From an uncultured Clostridia bacterium (GTDB lineage: Bacteria; Bacillota; Clostridia; TANB77; CAG-508): a DNA stretch of 64,000 nt. The stretch covers positions 16,914-80,913 of the forward strand of contig CAKOTZ010000006.1 of NCBI GenBank assembly GCA_934120395.1. The letters are read 5' to 3'. Position 1 is the first letter of the stretch; each line of letters starts with the position of its first letter. The notes below the pieces were generated by a model. It saw only the letters and a program-made list of their open reading frames with translations. It ran no database searches and was not told the DNA's origin. Positions 10,552-20,532 of this stretch are shown in pieces. The position numbers and the translations under genes were made by a program.

Positions 10552-11109
10552 TCAGTATCTTTCAATCTGGACAGCTGTAATATAATTGCGGCTGAATACG
10601 CCTTTTACAAAGCGATAACCATCAATTTTATTGCAGAGACTTTTGAATGCACTGTATTCAGCATTTGAAGAACAAGGAACTTCATGGATGCCATAATCGC
10701 TTGCAGAATTTGATAATTTCTGCAAGCATGCATACTGACTATCAGTCAGTGTGTTTGCAAAACTACGAAATTCGTTAGCTGATGCAGTACTTAAATTAAT
10801 GCTTCTAGAAGCTCGAGCATTTCTTCTTGCTTCACGAATTTCTGCACGTTTATCATTGTAGTAGTCTTTTTGAACTCCACGATGAAAATCGTAAAAATCT
10901 CGCTGAGAATTACGAACATACCTGCGAAATTCGTTGAACATGTCATCCAAAATTCTATCCATTCTAGAGGACCGTGCGTAAGCAGTTGAACATTCAAACG
11001 CAATATTATTAGTATTAACGTTTGAGAAAGCAGCTACTGTACCTGTAATCATTAAAATTGCCATTACCCGGATACTAATTTTCTTTAAAGTTGCTAACAT
11101 GATGACCAC
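10552..11109 (-). CDS. hypothetical secreted protein with atypical codon usage (cgt/cgc/cgg)
   Basis: A signal peptide MLATLKKISIRVMAILMITGTVAAFS begins a 185-aa ORF. It is GC-richer than its neighbours. Confidence 0.55.
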   Translation of the reverse strand: MVIMLATLKKISIRVMAILMITGTVAAFSNVNTNNIAFECSTAYARSSRMDRILDDMFNEFRRYVRNSQRDFYDFHRGVQKDYYNDKRAEIREARRNARASRSINLSTASANEFRSFANTLTDSQYACLQKLSNSASDYGIHEVPCSSNAEYSAFKSLCNKIDGYRFVKGVFSRNYITAVQIERY

Positions 11110-11288
11110 TCCTTTTCATGTAAATAAAAATTCAATTACCTATATTATACAGCAAAACGCTTAAAAATTCAACAATTTACGCAAAAATATAAAAATAGAT
11201 AAAAATAATTGATTTTTATAAAAAAGTACGTTATAATTATTTTATGATAGTGTTAAAAATAATGTGAAAATAAAAAGGAGGAAATAAT

Positions 11289-11657
11289 ATGACAAAGAAT
11301 GCAACAAAAATAATTATGGCTGTCATGCTTGCCATGGTAGTGTTTACAATGGTAGCTCCGGTATATGCAATTGATCCACATGACATTGAAACTCAAATAA
11401 AGACAGATGGAACAGCTGCAGACAAAACAAAAGAAATATCAGGACAAATCATTGGTATAGTTCAAATTGTTGGTACAGCAATTGCCGTTATTATGTTAGT
11501 AGTTTTGGGAATTAAATATGTAGTTGCAGCTCCAAACGAAAAAGCCGAAATAAAGAAATCAGCTCTTATTTATGTTATAGCTGCGGTATTCTTATTTGCA
11601 GCGGTTCAAATATTAGCTGTTATTCAAGACTTTTCAAAAGATGCTTTTGGTGAATAA
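11289..11657 (+). CDS. VirB2/TrbC-like pilin-type small membrane protein, paralog 1
   Basis: A signal peptide precedes two hydrophobic helices around a GIKYxxAxPNxxAxxK loop. It is the first of four tandem paralogs. Confidence 0.55.
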   Translation: MTKNATKIIMAVMLAMVVFTMVAPVYAIDPHDIETQIKTDGTAADKTKEISGQIIGIVQIVGTAIAVIMLVVLGIKYVVAAPNEKAEIKKSALIYVIAAVFLFAAVQILAVIQDFSKDAFGE

Positions 11658-11664
11658 TCAAAAG

Positions 11665-11701
11665 AATTCAATAGGCACGGTTAAGCCGTGCTTATTGAAT
11701 T
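11665..11701 (+). promoter_or_regulatory. near-perfect 16-bp stem-loop between pilin paralogs 1 and 2
   Basis: aattcaataggcacgg ttaa ccgtgcttattgaatt lies immediately upstream of the RBS of paralog 2. Confidence 0.4.
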
Positions 11702-11723
11702 TATAAGCAAAGGAGGAAAATAT

Positions 11724-12107
11724 ATGAAAAACAATATAGTGAAAATTGTTTTTGTACTATTAATGGCTATAGCTATTGCAGGAATAATTGGAACAACAGT
11801 ATTTGCAGATGGAACTGCTGTTGGTGTAATAAAAAATTTTAATCCAAATGTTAGCTCCTCAGCAGCTACATCAGTAACAAAAGTTGGAGAAAATGTGGTT
11901 GGTATAATACAAGTAGTTGGAACAATGATAGCCATTGCAATGTTATTGTTACTTGCAATGAAATATCTAAGGGCATCTCCAGAAGGAAAAGGACAGATTA
12001 AAGAAACTGCAGTTATATACATAGTTGGAGCAGTTGTTTTATTTGCAGCTGTAAATATTGTAAAAATTATTTATCAATTTTCAACAGATGCTGTCACAGC
12101 CCCATAA
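11724..12107 (+). CDS. VirB2/TrbC-like pilin-type small membrane protein, paralog 2
   Basis: An RBS (aaaggagg) and the start MKNNIVKIVF. It has the same architecture as paralog 1 (AMKYLRASPEGK loop). Confidence 0.55.
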   Translation: MKNNIVKIVFVLLMAIAIAGIIGTTVFADGTAVGVIKNFNPNVSSSAATSVTKVGENVVGIIQVVGTMIAIAMLLLLAMKYLRASPEGKGQIKETAVIYIVGAVVLFAAVNIVKIIYQFSTDAVTAP

Positions 12108-12122
12108 GAGAGGTGAAGTATT

Positions 12123-12482
12123 ATGAATAAAAAAATATCAACAATTATTTTAACAGTTATGTTTATGTTGTTAATATTCACAGTGCCAGTATTTGCAAAT
12201 CCACCAGGCTCATCAAAAATGCAAGGCATTAGTAATGTTTCACAAGGGAATTCACAACTTACAAGAGTAGGAAACAATATAATTGGTGTTATATACACTG
12301 TTGGAATAGTAGTATCTATAGCCGCTTTGTCAATTATAGGTATTAAATATATGATATCAAGCCCAGATGCGAGAGCATCGCTAAAAGAAAGAGCAGTGCC
12401 ATATATAATAGGAGCGGTTCTAACCTTTGGAGCCGTAAATGTTATGGCGATTATAGCAAGTATGGCAGACTGGATAAAGTAA
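12123..12482 (+). CDS. VirB2/TrbC-like pilin-type small membrane protein, paralog 3
   Basis: The same architecture (GIKYMISSPDARASLK). A terminator hairpin follows. Confidence 0.55.
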   Translation: MNKKISTIILTVMFMLLIFTVPVFANPPGSSKMQGISNVSQGNSQLTRVGNNIIGVIYTVGIVVSIAALSIIGIKYMISSPDARASLKERAVPYIIGAVLTFGAVNVMAIIASMADWIK

Positions 12483-12755
12483 AATGACAAATAAAAATGC
12501 GCAAAACAATGCGTATTTTTATTTGTCATTTTTGCATATATAAAAAACAGATAAAATACAAAAAACCCTAAGGTTTTTAAAAACTCGTCATATATTTGTA
12601 ATATTACAGAAAGATAACATTTTGAATAAATGGGTATTTTATTGGCTCTTTATGTTGAAATATACGCAAAAATAAAGTATAATTAAAAAGTAAAGATACA
12701 TAAAAAGCATATAAAAATATTTAATAAACTTGATGAAGGAAAAGGAGAGAAAATA

Positions 12756-13148
12756 ATGAATAAGTTACTAAAAATTATTCCATTAGTAGTATTAGTACTT
12801 ATGCTAGCGTTACCAGTAAAATCTGAAGCATTTCCTACTTTTGATGAAATGCAATCACAAGCTAGTAGTTGGCTACAAAAGGGAAAAGGGCAAGGTGGTA
12901 AAGCTGTAAGTGAAGATGACATTGCTAGCATAATGTTACCAATTGGACAGTTCTTAGTTGGTATAGGAGCTGTAGTTTTAATTTCTGTAACTATTATAAT
13001 GGGTATAAAATATATGACTGCAGAACCAAATGCTAGAGCTAAATTAAAACAACAATTTGTTGGATTAGTAGTTTCAACAATTGTTATATTTGGAGCCTAT
13101 AGTATATGGATAATAGTATATAACTTTATGGATGAACTAGTAAAATAA
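12756..13148 (+). CDS. VirB2/TrbC-like pilin-type small membrane protein, paralog 4
   Basis: The same architecture (GIKYMTAEPNARAKLK). Confidence 0.55.
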   Translation: MNKLLKIIPLVVLVLMLALPVKSEAFPTFDEMQSQASSWLQKGKGQGGKAVSEDDIASIMLPIGQFLVGIGAVVLISVTIIMGIKYMTAEPNARAKLKQQFVGLVVSTIVIFGAYSIWIIVYNFMDELVK

Positions 13149-13182
13149 TAGAAAGTCATATAAATACAAAGGAGGGAATTAC

Positions 13183-13518
13183 ATGGGAACATACTATATA
13201 CCACGTAATCTAAGAGGAGAAACTAGAATATTGTATATTTTTACTGTAAAGTCATTAATATCAACAGTAGCAGGAGGAGCAGTTGGCTTAATATTTTACC
13301 TTATCTTTTCTGTAATGGGAATAGGAACTGCTGGAATGATTACAATGGGAGTTTGTGCGTTAATTGGATTTTTAATTGGAACAGTAAAAATACCAACAGT
13401 AGCAGGTTTACCATTTACTAAAAAAATAGGTGGAGAGCCACTTAGCGAAATTATAAAAAGATATATCAAATTCAAAATGAACAGAAAAATATATGTTTAT
13501 ACAAAGGAGGAAAAGTAA
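13183..13518 (+). CDS. PrgI/VirB3-like small membrane protein of the T4SS
   Basis: The N-terminus YYIPRNLRGETRILYIFT and two TM segments are PrgI-like. It lies immediately upstream of the VirB4-containing block. Confidence 0.55.
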   Translation: MGTYYIPRNLRGETRILYIFTVKSLISTVAGGAVGLIFYLIFSVMGIGTAGMITMGVCALIGFLIGTVKIPTVAGLPFTKKIGGEPLSEIIKRYIKFKMNRKIYVYTKEEK

Positions 13519-13519
13519 T

Positions 13520-14854
13520 ATGAACAGTGCTATCAATATGTTAAATATAGTGTTAGTAATTTTGGTTTTCATTATTTTAGCTTTAGGACTTGCTTATTTT
13601 TATATATCATATCGTAATAAGAACAAATCAAAGGAAGAAATAAGAGCTGCTGAAAAAGGAAATAAAAGCACAGATTACGTGTCTCCTGTTCAAGGAAATT
13701 TAACAAAAGAATCTATATATAAGTTTATGGAATTTGATGAAATAAAGGACAATATGATTATTCGTAAAAATAGAGAGCAATATGTAATGGTAATCCAATG
13801 CCAAGGTGTTAACTATGACTTGTTATCAGAACAAGAAAAAATCGCTGTAGAAGAAGGGTTTGTACAATTTTTAAACACATTGCGCTTTCAAGTACAGTTA
13901 TATGTACAAACAAGAAGTTTAAATTTAAGGGAAATAATTGAAGGATATAAAGGTAGAGTAAAAAACCTAGAACAAGAAGTTGAGCAAATTAGAAGTAAAA
14001 TAAGAGTAGCTGCTAACAGTGGAAATTTACAAGCATTAGAAAAGCTAAGATATGAGGAAAGAAGAAAAGTTAATATTCTAGAATATGGGGCTGATATTTC
14101 AGAATATATAAGTAGAATGAGCTTAAATAAAAATGTATTGCAACAAAAAACCTACATAGTTATTTCATATTTTGCAAATGAACTAGGAAATATTTCTAAT
14201 TACTCAAAATCTGAAATAGATAATATGTGTTTTTCAGAATTATATACAAGGGCGCAATCTGTTATTCGTTCATTAGCATCTTGCGAAGTTAGCGGAAGAA
14301 TATTAAATTCAGAAGAATTGGCAGAATTGCTATACATTGCATACAACAGAGATGATGCAGAATTATTACAATTATCTAAAGCTCTAGATGCAGAATATGA
14401 TGCATTATATAGTACTGCAAAAGATGTATTACAGAAAAAAGAAGAGATGATTGAAAAACAATTAGATGAGGAAGCGGTTGAACTTGCAACAAAAAGTATT
14501 ATGTCTGTTGATGAACAAATGGAACAAGAAAGACTAGAAAAGGCAAAACGAGAAAGAAAAGTAAAACAAAAGGCAGTAAAACTCGTAAATGAATATAGGG
14601 ATCAATTAGAAGATAAAGTATATGAAAGAGTTATTGAAGAAGTAACAGGAAAAAAACAAGAAATAAGTCAGGAAGATGAGCTAGAAAGCGAATATGAAGA
14701 GGCTGTTGAAAAAGCAAAAGAAATAAGAGAGGAAACTGAAAAACCAAAACGAAAAAGAAGAACAAAGAAAGAAATGGAAGAAGCAAAAAAACTTGATGAA
14801 GAAAAGGAAACAGCACCAAAGAAAAGAGGAAGACCAAGGAAAACAGAAGAATAG
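13520..14854 (+). CDS. membrane-anchored coiled-coil protein with Lys/Glu-rich tail and AT-hook-like KKRGRPRKT
   Basis: An N-terminal TM segment, a central domain, then a charged C-terminus containing a GRP motif. It sits between the PrgI-like gene and virB4. Confidence 0.45.
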   Translation: MNSAINMLNIVLVILVFIILALGLAYFYISYRNKNKSKEEIRAAEKGNKSTDYVSPVQGNLTKESIYKFMEFDEIKDNMIIRKNREQYVMVIQCQGVNYDLLSEQEKIAVEEGFVQFLNTLRFQVQLYVQTRSLNLREIIEGYKGRVKNLEQEVEQIRSKIRVAANSGNLQALEKLRYEERRKVNILEYGADISEYISRMSLNKNVLQQKTYIVISYFANELGNISNYSKSEIDNMCFSELYTRAQSVIRSLASCEVSGRILNSEELAELLYIAYNRDDAELLQLSKALDAEYDALYSTAKDVLQKKEEMIEKQLDEEAVELATKSIMSVDEQMEQERLEKAKRERKVKQKAVKLVNEYRDQLEDKVYERVIEEVTGKKQEISQEDELESEYEEAVEKAKEIREETEKPKRKRRTKKEMEEAKKLDEEKETAPKKRGRPRKTEE

Positions 14855-14876
14855 GCAAAAATAGGAGGAAGGTTTT

Positions 14877-16850
14877 ATGTTTAAGAAGAAAAACAAAAAA
14901 GTACAAGAAGAACAAATTGCAAAAACTGAATATAAAAAAGAAGACTTCATAAAAGAAAATGTAAAGAACATAAAAGATTTAATTGCGCCAGCAGGTATAA
15001 ATGCTGGAAATGTTAATCATTTGGAAATCGTTTCAAACACTACAAGATATGCTAGAACTATGATTGTAGGAACAATTCCGAGAATGTGTACTTTCCCAGA
15101 ATTTTTAAGAAGCATGTATACATTTGGAGATATAAATGTATCTGTATTTATTAACCCAATTAGTGAAAGTACATCACAAACAGAATTGAACAGAACAATT
15201 AATGAATTAGAGTCAGAAAGAATTGTTGCTATTGATAGGGGAGATATAAACAGGGAGAGAATATTAGCACAAAAAAGAGCAGAAGCAGAAGAACTGAGAG
15301 ATGAAATTGCAAGTGGATTTAACAAGTTATTTGAATCTTCTATTATGTGTACTTTGTTTGCATACAGTTTAGAAGAATTAGATAAATATACCGAATTGCT
15401 TGCATCTGAAATGTCAAAAACATTAATAGGAGTTAAACCTGCATGGGCAATGCAAGATGAAGCCTTTCGTAGCAATCTACCATTTGGTGAAAATAAGATA
15501 AATAAAAAACACAGTTTTGATAGAAGATCAATGTCAACTGTTTTTCCATTCTTTACATCAGATGTTGGACATGACAGAGGAATTCCATTAGCGTTTAACA
15601 GACAAACTGGCTTGCCAATTTTATTTGATAATTTCAGTCCAACACTTTCTAATTATAACATGGTTGTTTTTGGAAAGTCTGGTGCTGGTAAAGGTGTTAC
15701 AATAAAAACGTTAACAGCACGTTCTTCAGTATTAATGGGGATAGAAAGTTTAGCTCTTGATGCTGAAGGTGAGTATGGAGTTGTTGCGGAGGCATTAGGT
15801 GGAATCAATGTTACTATAAGTCCAACATCAAAAACAGTTATAAACCTATTTGATTTGGAACCTGAGATAGTAAAGGATGAAATAACAGGTAAAGAAAGAA
15901 CAATATTAAGTGTTGAAAACAAGGTGGAGGACGTTACACAGGCTTTACTTACAATGGCAAGAGGTAGTACAAGAAGTCAGGAAGTAAACGAACTTACAAA
16001 ACAAATTATTGCTGAAGCTGTAGCAGAAGAATATGCCGCACTTGGAATTAACAATAATTTGGAAAGCTTATACATAAATGAAGGTCCAATTGTAAATAAA
16101 GATTATTTAGGTAGACCAAAAAAGGAAATGCCAACAATTGGTTCATGGTATAAAAGAATAGTTAAAAATGCTGAAAACAATACGAACCAAGATTATCGTT
16201 TTCATTATAGCTATTTGATTAAAGTTATGAAACAATATGTTAGAGAATATGAAGGTCAAATGGCATATTTTGATGGACAATCTACTTTTGAATTGCTAGA
16301 TGGTGTACCATTTATAAATTTGGATATATCAAATCTAGAAGAGCGTTTTGCAAGACCACTTGCACAACAAATACTTCTTTCATGGATTTGGGAAAAATAT
16401 GTTAAAAAGAATAGTGAGGACAAAGAAAAAGCCGTACAAAAAAGAGTACTAGTCGATGAAGCGTGGATGTTGCTTCCTTATCCAGAAGCGGTAGACTTCT
16501 TAAATACAATGGCAAGACGTGCTAGAAAAAGAAATGTTTCACTTGCAGTTGTTTCACAGAAGTTTCAAGACTTTTATGAGAAACCAGAAGTACAAGCTGT
16601 ACTTACATCATCAGATACAAAATTATTCCTAGCACAGGACAAATCAGAAATTGATTATATAAAAGAAGTATTTAAGCTAAGCGAAGGAGAAGCATATTTC
16701 TTAACAACCTGTAGTAGAGGTGAAGGACTATTAAAAGTTGGAGATGACACAGCGATAATTGCAATAAAGCCAACAAAGAAGGAGTTTGAATTTGTTGATA
16801 CAAACTTAAACAATTTAGCAAAAAAACAAGAGAGAAAAGTAAGAAGATAA
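14877..16850 (+). CDS. VirB4/TcpF/ConE-like conjugation ATPase
   Basis: Walker A (GKSGAGKG), Walker B (RVLVDEAWMLL) and a VirB4-type N-terminal domain. Confidence 0.85.
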   Translation: MFKKKNKKVQEEQIAKTEYKKEDFIKENVKNIKDLIAPAGINAGNVNHLEIVSNTTRYARTMIVGTIPRMCTFPEFLRSMYTFGDINVSVFINPISESTSQTELNRTINELESERIVAIDRGDINRERILAQKRAEAEELRDEIASGFNKLFESSIMCTLFAYSLEELDKYTELLASEMSKTLIGVKPAWAMQDEAFRSNLPFGENKINKKHSFDRRSMSTVFPFFTSDVGHDRGIPLAFNRQTGLPILFDNFSPTLSNYNMVVFGKSGAGKGVTIKTLTARSSVLMGIESLALDAEGEYGVVAEALGGINVTISPTSKTVINLFDLEPEIVKDEITGKERTILSVENKVEDVTQALLTMARGSTRSQEVNELTKQIIAEAVAEEYAALGINNNLESLYINEGPIVNKDYLGRPKKEMPTIGSWYKRIVKNAENNTNQDYRFHYSYLIKVMKQYVREYEGQMAYFDGQSTFELLDGVPFINLDISNLEERFARPLAQQILLSWIWEKYVKKNSEDKEKAVQKRVLVDEAWMLLPYPEAVDFLNTMARRARKRNVSLAVVSQKFQDFYEKPEVQAVLTSSDTKLFLAQDKSEIDYIKEVFKLSEGEAYFLTTCSRGEGLLKVGDDTAIIAIKPTKKEFEFVDTNLNNLAKKQERKVRR

Positions 16851-16875
16851 AAAATAAGTAATGGAAGGTGTGTTT

Positions 16876-18010
16876 ATGAAAAAAAGTATATCAATTATAT
16901 TAATAGCAATAATAATAATGTTAAACACACTATTTCCGTCAAATGTTTATGCAGACAATGAAAATAAGGAAGAAGAAACAAGCACATCACAGTCGTTATT
17001 TCAAAGCCAAGATTTTGATGAAGTAACAAAAGCACGGATTAAATGATGGAACAAACTTGATAGAACAAGGTCAAGCATCAATAAATGGCAAGAATCTACA
17101 ACTAACTGAAAGTGGCAATGTTTTTAAGACTATTGGAATAGGATTAATACAAGTGCTTGGTGGAATTCCGCAAGCAGTCAATGTGTTTTTGTCATTAGTT
17201 GTACAACCATATTATACAAATAATAGCAATAATGGTGAATTTCAGTGGTTTTCAATTCAAGATTTGATATATGGAAAAATAGGATTATTCGATATAAACT
17301 TTTTTAAAATACAAAATAATAGTAGTGGCGATAATATAAATACAACAATAAAAACACAAGTTAGCCAGTGGTATTATGTTGTAAGAAATATAGCTATGAT
17401 AGGAAGCTTACTGGCATTGGTGTATGTAGGAATACGTATGGCAATATCAACAGTTGCTTCTGACCAAGCAAAATATAAGCAGATGTTATTAATGTGGTTA
17501 AAAAGTTTTGTAGTATTGTTTGTACTTCCATACATATTTATATTTATTTTTTCAATTGGAGATGCTTTTATAGATATTGTAAAGCAGGTTGCTCCAAAAG
17601 AAAATTTGGATACAGTTATATTAGAAGCATTATATGGTGATATGAACAAAAATGATATTACAGCATCATTTTGGGCATTTATAAATTTATGTATGCTAAC
17701 ATATTTTAACGTAAAATTTTTTGGAAGATATTTATTCCGTTTATTAAAAATAGCATTTTTAATTATAATATCTCCATTAATAACTGTTACATATGCACTA
17801 GGAAAAGACAGCGCATATAAGGCATGGTTAGGTTCATTAATTGGAGCAATATTTATGCAAGTTGTACATATAGTAGTGTATTCAATATTTATGTTCTCAA
17901 CAGCAGAAATAGTAAAAGCAGTTCCAATTTTAATGACAGCATTCTTTATGGCAATGGAAAAAGGAGAAAGAATATTTAATTACGTATTTGGATTAGAGGA
18001 ACAAGAATAG
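16876..18010 (+). CDS. VirB6/ConG-like polytopic membrane protein; signal-peptide ORF fused to downstream ORF via +1 site at C17035
   Basis: gca|c|gga joins MKKSISIILIAIIIMLNTLFPSNVYA...VTKA to GLNDGTNLIEQGQ... A motif block is shared with the next gene (DINFF...WYYVxRxxAxIxxLxxLVYxGIxMAISTVA). Confidence 0.55.
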
Positions 18011-18076
18011 AGAAACAATAGATAAAATTAACTTTTGTTAATTAAAAATTTTATCGATTAGAGGTTTGGTGAGAAA

Positions 18077-20527
18077 ATGAAAAACAAGTGCATGAAAATA
18101 CTGTCAATAATAGTATTAAGTGTTATTATAATAAATTGCATAGGAAATAGTGTTCAGGCAAGTTTGTTTGGCGATTTGGAAGATTGGTGGAATAAGCAAA
18201 ATGATAAGGCTAATCAAATAAGTGGTGGTGTTGCAGGACAAATACCAACAGGAACACCAACAACAGGTACTGGAACAACAAACAGTGGCGAATCAAATAG
18301 TGGTTCAAGCAGTAACTCTGGCACCAACTCTGGTAGCAGTTCGAGTAGCTCAAACAGTTCAAATAAGGGAACAGATCCAGGTGCAAAAGTGGGTAATGCA
18401 ACAGCTCAGAAGAAGGAACAAGATCTTATAGAAAAAGCAGCAACGGCATCAATTGGAGATGCTGCTGGAACCTTGGTAGATGGTGTAGTTGGAATTTTAA
18501 CAACACTTTTAAGAGTTGAAGTTTTATTGGTAGGATTTGCAGGACAATCACTTGCAACTGTAACAGCTAATAGTGCTGGAACCTTAGAAAATGATATAAT
18601 AAACATAGTAACACCAGACCAAATATTATTTAATCGTTTAGCAATTACAGATATAAACTTTTTTCAAACAGATAGTTTTGGAACAGGTAGTAATAAAAAA
18701 ACTCTAGATGCAAATAGTCCAGTAAAAAGCATACGTGAAGGCGTTGCAACATGGTATTATGTATTAAGAACAATGGCAGTTATAATTTTGCTTTGTATTT
18801 TAGTTTACATAGGAATAAAAATGGCAATATCAACTGTTGCTGAAGAAAAAGCTGTATATAAGCAATGGTTTGTTAATTGGCTTGTAAGTATGGCATTAGT
18901 ATTTGTATTACACTATATTATATTGATAGTTATAAATATCAACAATAGTTTTGTAGATTTGCTATATGGAGTAAGAAATCAAACTCTGGGGCAGAGCGAT
19001 TGGGGAAATTATGTTGCAGGATTAATGTTTAAGGGATTAAATCCATTTTCAGCATTAGGTTCTTGGACAGCAGTATTCGTATATTTAGGAATTGTTATAT
19101 TAACATTTGTTTTCCTAATAATGTACATAAAACGTATGATAACAATAGCCTTTTTAATAATTGTATCGCCAATAATAACAATAACTTATTCGATAGATAA
19201 ATTAAATGACAACAAGTCGCAAGCACTAAATACATGGTTTAGAGAATTTGCAGAAGCGGTATTAATACAGCCATTCCACTGTATAATATATTTAGTATTT
19301 ATTAGCTCTGCAATGTCTTGTATAAAAACATCAGGAACTTTAGCTGCTGGAATATTAGTAGTATTCTGTATGTTCTTTATATTCAAAGCAGAAGGTTTAA
19401 TTAAGAAAATATTTGGAATTAAATCAGAATCTGCTGGAAACGGTATGCAGTCTGCTATTGCTGTATTAGGAACGGTAGGTGCTGCTAAAGACCTTATGGG
19501 AAGAACAAAAGGATTAGTAGGAAAAAGTGCAGGAAGTGCGGCAAAAGCCCCTGGAACAGGTGCAAATACAGCTCCTGTAAATGTTAGCACAAATGCGGTA
19601 AAAACAAGCAATATGGCTGAACAAAACATGAAAAATGCGGATAATGTAAATATAGGCAGTGTTCAAAATATGAATGCGAATATACAGTCTGTTGGTGTGG
19701 CTAATTCTGGAGTAACAAATGTCTATGATTCAGAAAGATTAGCAACAATACATGCTGGAGGAATGAATACACAAACAGATTATGATTATCTAATGGGACA
19801 ACAAAGCGGTGCTAGTGAAAATGGTAAAAATAGCAATGAAAATTATACAATCGGTTCAGGAAATGGACTATCTAATGAAAGCATGCCAAATAAAAACGAA
19901 AATGCAAGTAATTTAACACCGGGAATTCACACTAGTGAGATTCCAGATGTAGGAGAAAATGCAGCAACTAATCCGAAGGAAAGAACTATTCCACAAAAAG
20001 CATTACATTTGGCTAAAATGGCAGGTGGAGCAGTTTGGAAGGCAAATAAAGCTGTTGCAGGCGCAGGAATGGCATCTGGTGTTACAGCTGCAGCAATGGC
20101 CAGCGTAGCTGGAAAAGATGTAGGAGAAATGATTGCAGCTGGATATACAGGATATCAAGCTGGAAAGGCAGCGAAGGAAACATTCGAAAACTTAAAAGAA
20201 CAAGGTGGAGATGCTTTAGCAAACTACATGAAGATAAGAAAGAATAATAATTCAGAAAGCTCAAATGCATCAAGTTCTACAACATCTAATAATCAACAAA
20301 GCAGTACGAGTAATGTAGATAGAAGAAAAAATAATAACAATACAAAAACGGCATCTAAGCCAGTAGCATCACAAGCAAAACCAATTTTTCATCCAGATAC
20401 GGAAGGAAAAAGTAGGGATAAAAGAAATAATGTAGTACAAACCCATGATGTAGGAGACAATGGTGAATTAAAGCAAAAGATGGAAGATGTATATAGTTCA
20501 CTAATGAATAATAATAACGGTGAATAA
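18077..20527 (+). CDS. VirB6/TcpH-like large polytopic membrane protein with Ser/Gly/Asn-rich segments
   Basis: A signal peptide and multiple TM segments. It is paralogous to the preceding gene over its membrane core. Confidence 0.55.
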   Translation: MKNKCMKILSIIVLSVIIINCIGNSVQASLFGDLEDWWNKQNDKANQISGGVAGQIPTGTPTTGTGTTNSGESNSGSSSNSGTNSGSSSSSSNSSNKGTDPGAKVGNATAQKKEQDLIEKAATASIGDAAGTLVDGVVGILTTLLRVEVLLVGFAGQSLATVTANSAGTLENDIINIVTPDQILFNRLAITDINFFQTDSFGTGSNKKTLDANSPVKSIREGVATWYYVLRTMAVIILLCILVYIGIKMAISTVAEEKAVYKQWFVNWLVSMALVFVLHYIILIVININNSFVDLLYGVRNQTLGQSDWGNYVAGLMFKGLNPFSALGSWTAVFVYLGIVILTFVFLIMYIKRMITIAFLIIVSPIITITYSIDKLNDNKSQALNTWFREFAEAVLIQPFHCIIYLVFISSAMSCIKTSGTLAAGILVVFCMFFIFKAEGLIKKIFGIKSESAGNGMQSAIAVLGTVGAAKDLMGRTKGLVGKSAGSAAKAPGTGANTAPVNVSTNAVKTSNMAEQNMKNADNVNIGSVQNMNANIQSVGVANSGVTNVYDSERLATIHAGGMNTQTDYDYLMGQQSGASENGKNSNENYTIGSGNGLSNESMPNKNENASNLTPGIHTSEIPDVGENAATNPKERTIPQKALHLAKMAGGAVWKANKAVAGAGMASGVTAAAMASVAGKDVGEMIAAGYTGYQAGKAAKETFENLKEQGGDALANYMKIRKNNNSESSNASSSTTSNNQQSSTSNVDRRKNNNNTKTASKPVASQAKPIFHPDTEGKSRDKRNNVVQTHDVGDNGELKQKMEDVYSSLMNNNNGE

Positions 20528-20532
20528 GGCAG

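Noticed and set aside
14631-14971. Phe/Leu-rich minus-strand ORFs
   Set aside because: They are antisense to the Lys/Glu-rich (aag/gaa-rich) C-terminus of the plus-strand gene, which makes them a compositional artefact.
18222-18431. Internal plus-strand and minus-strand ORFs within the Ser/Gly/Thr-rich region of the 18077 gene
   Set aside because: They are low-complexity alternative frames inside a well-supported long ORF.
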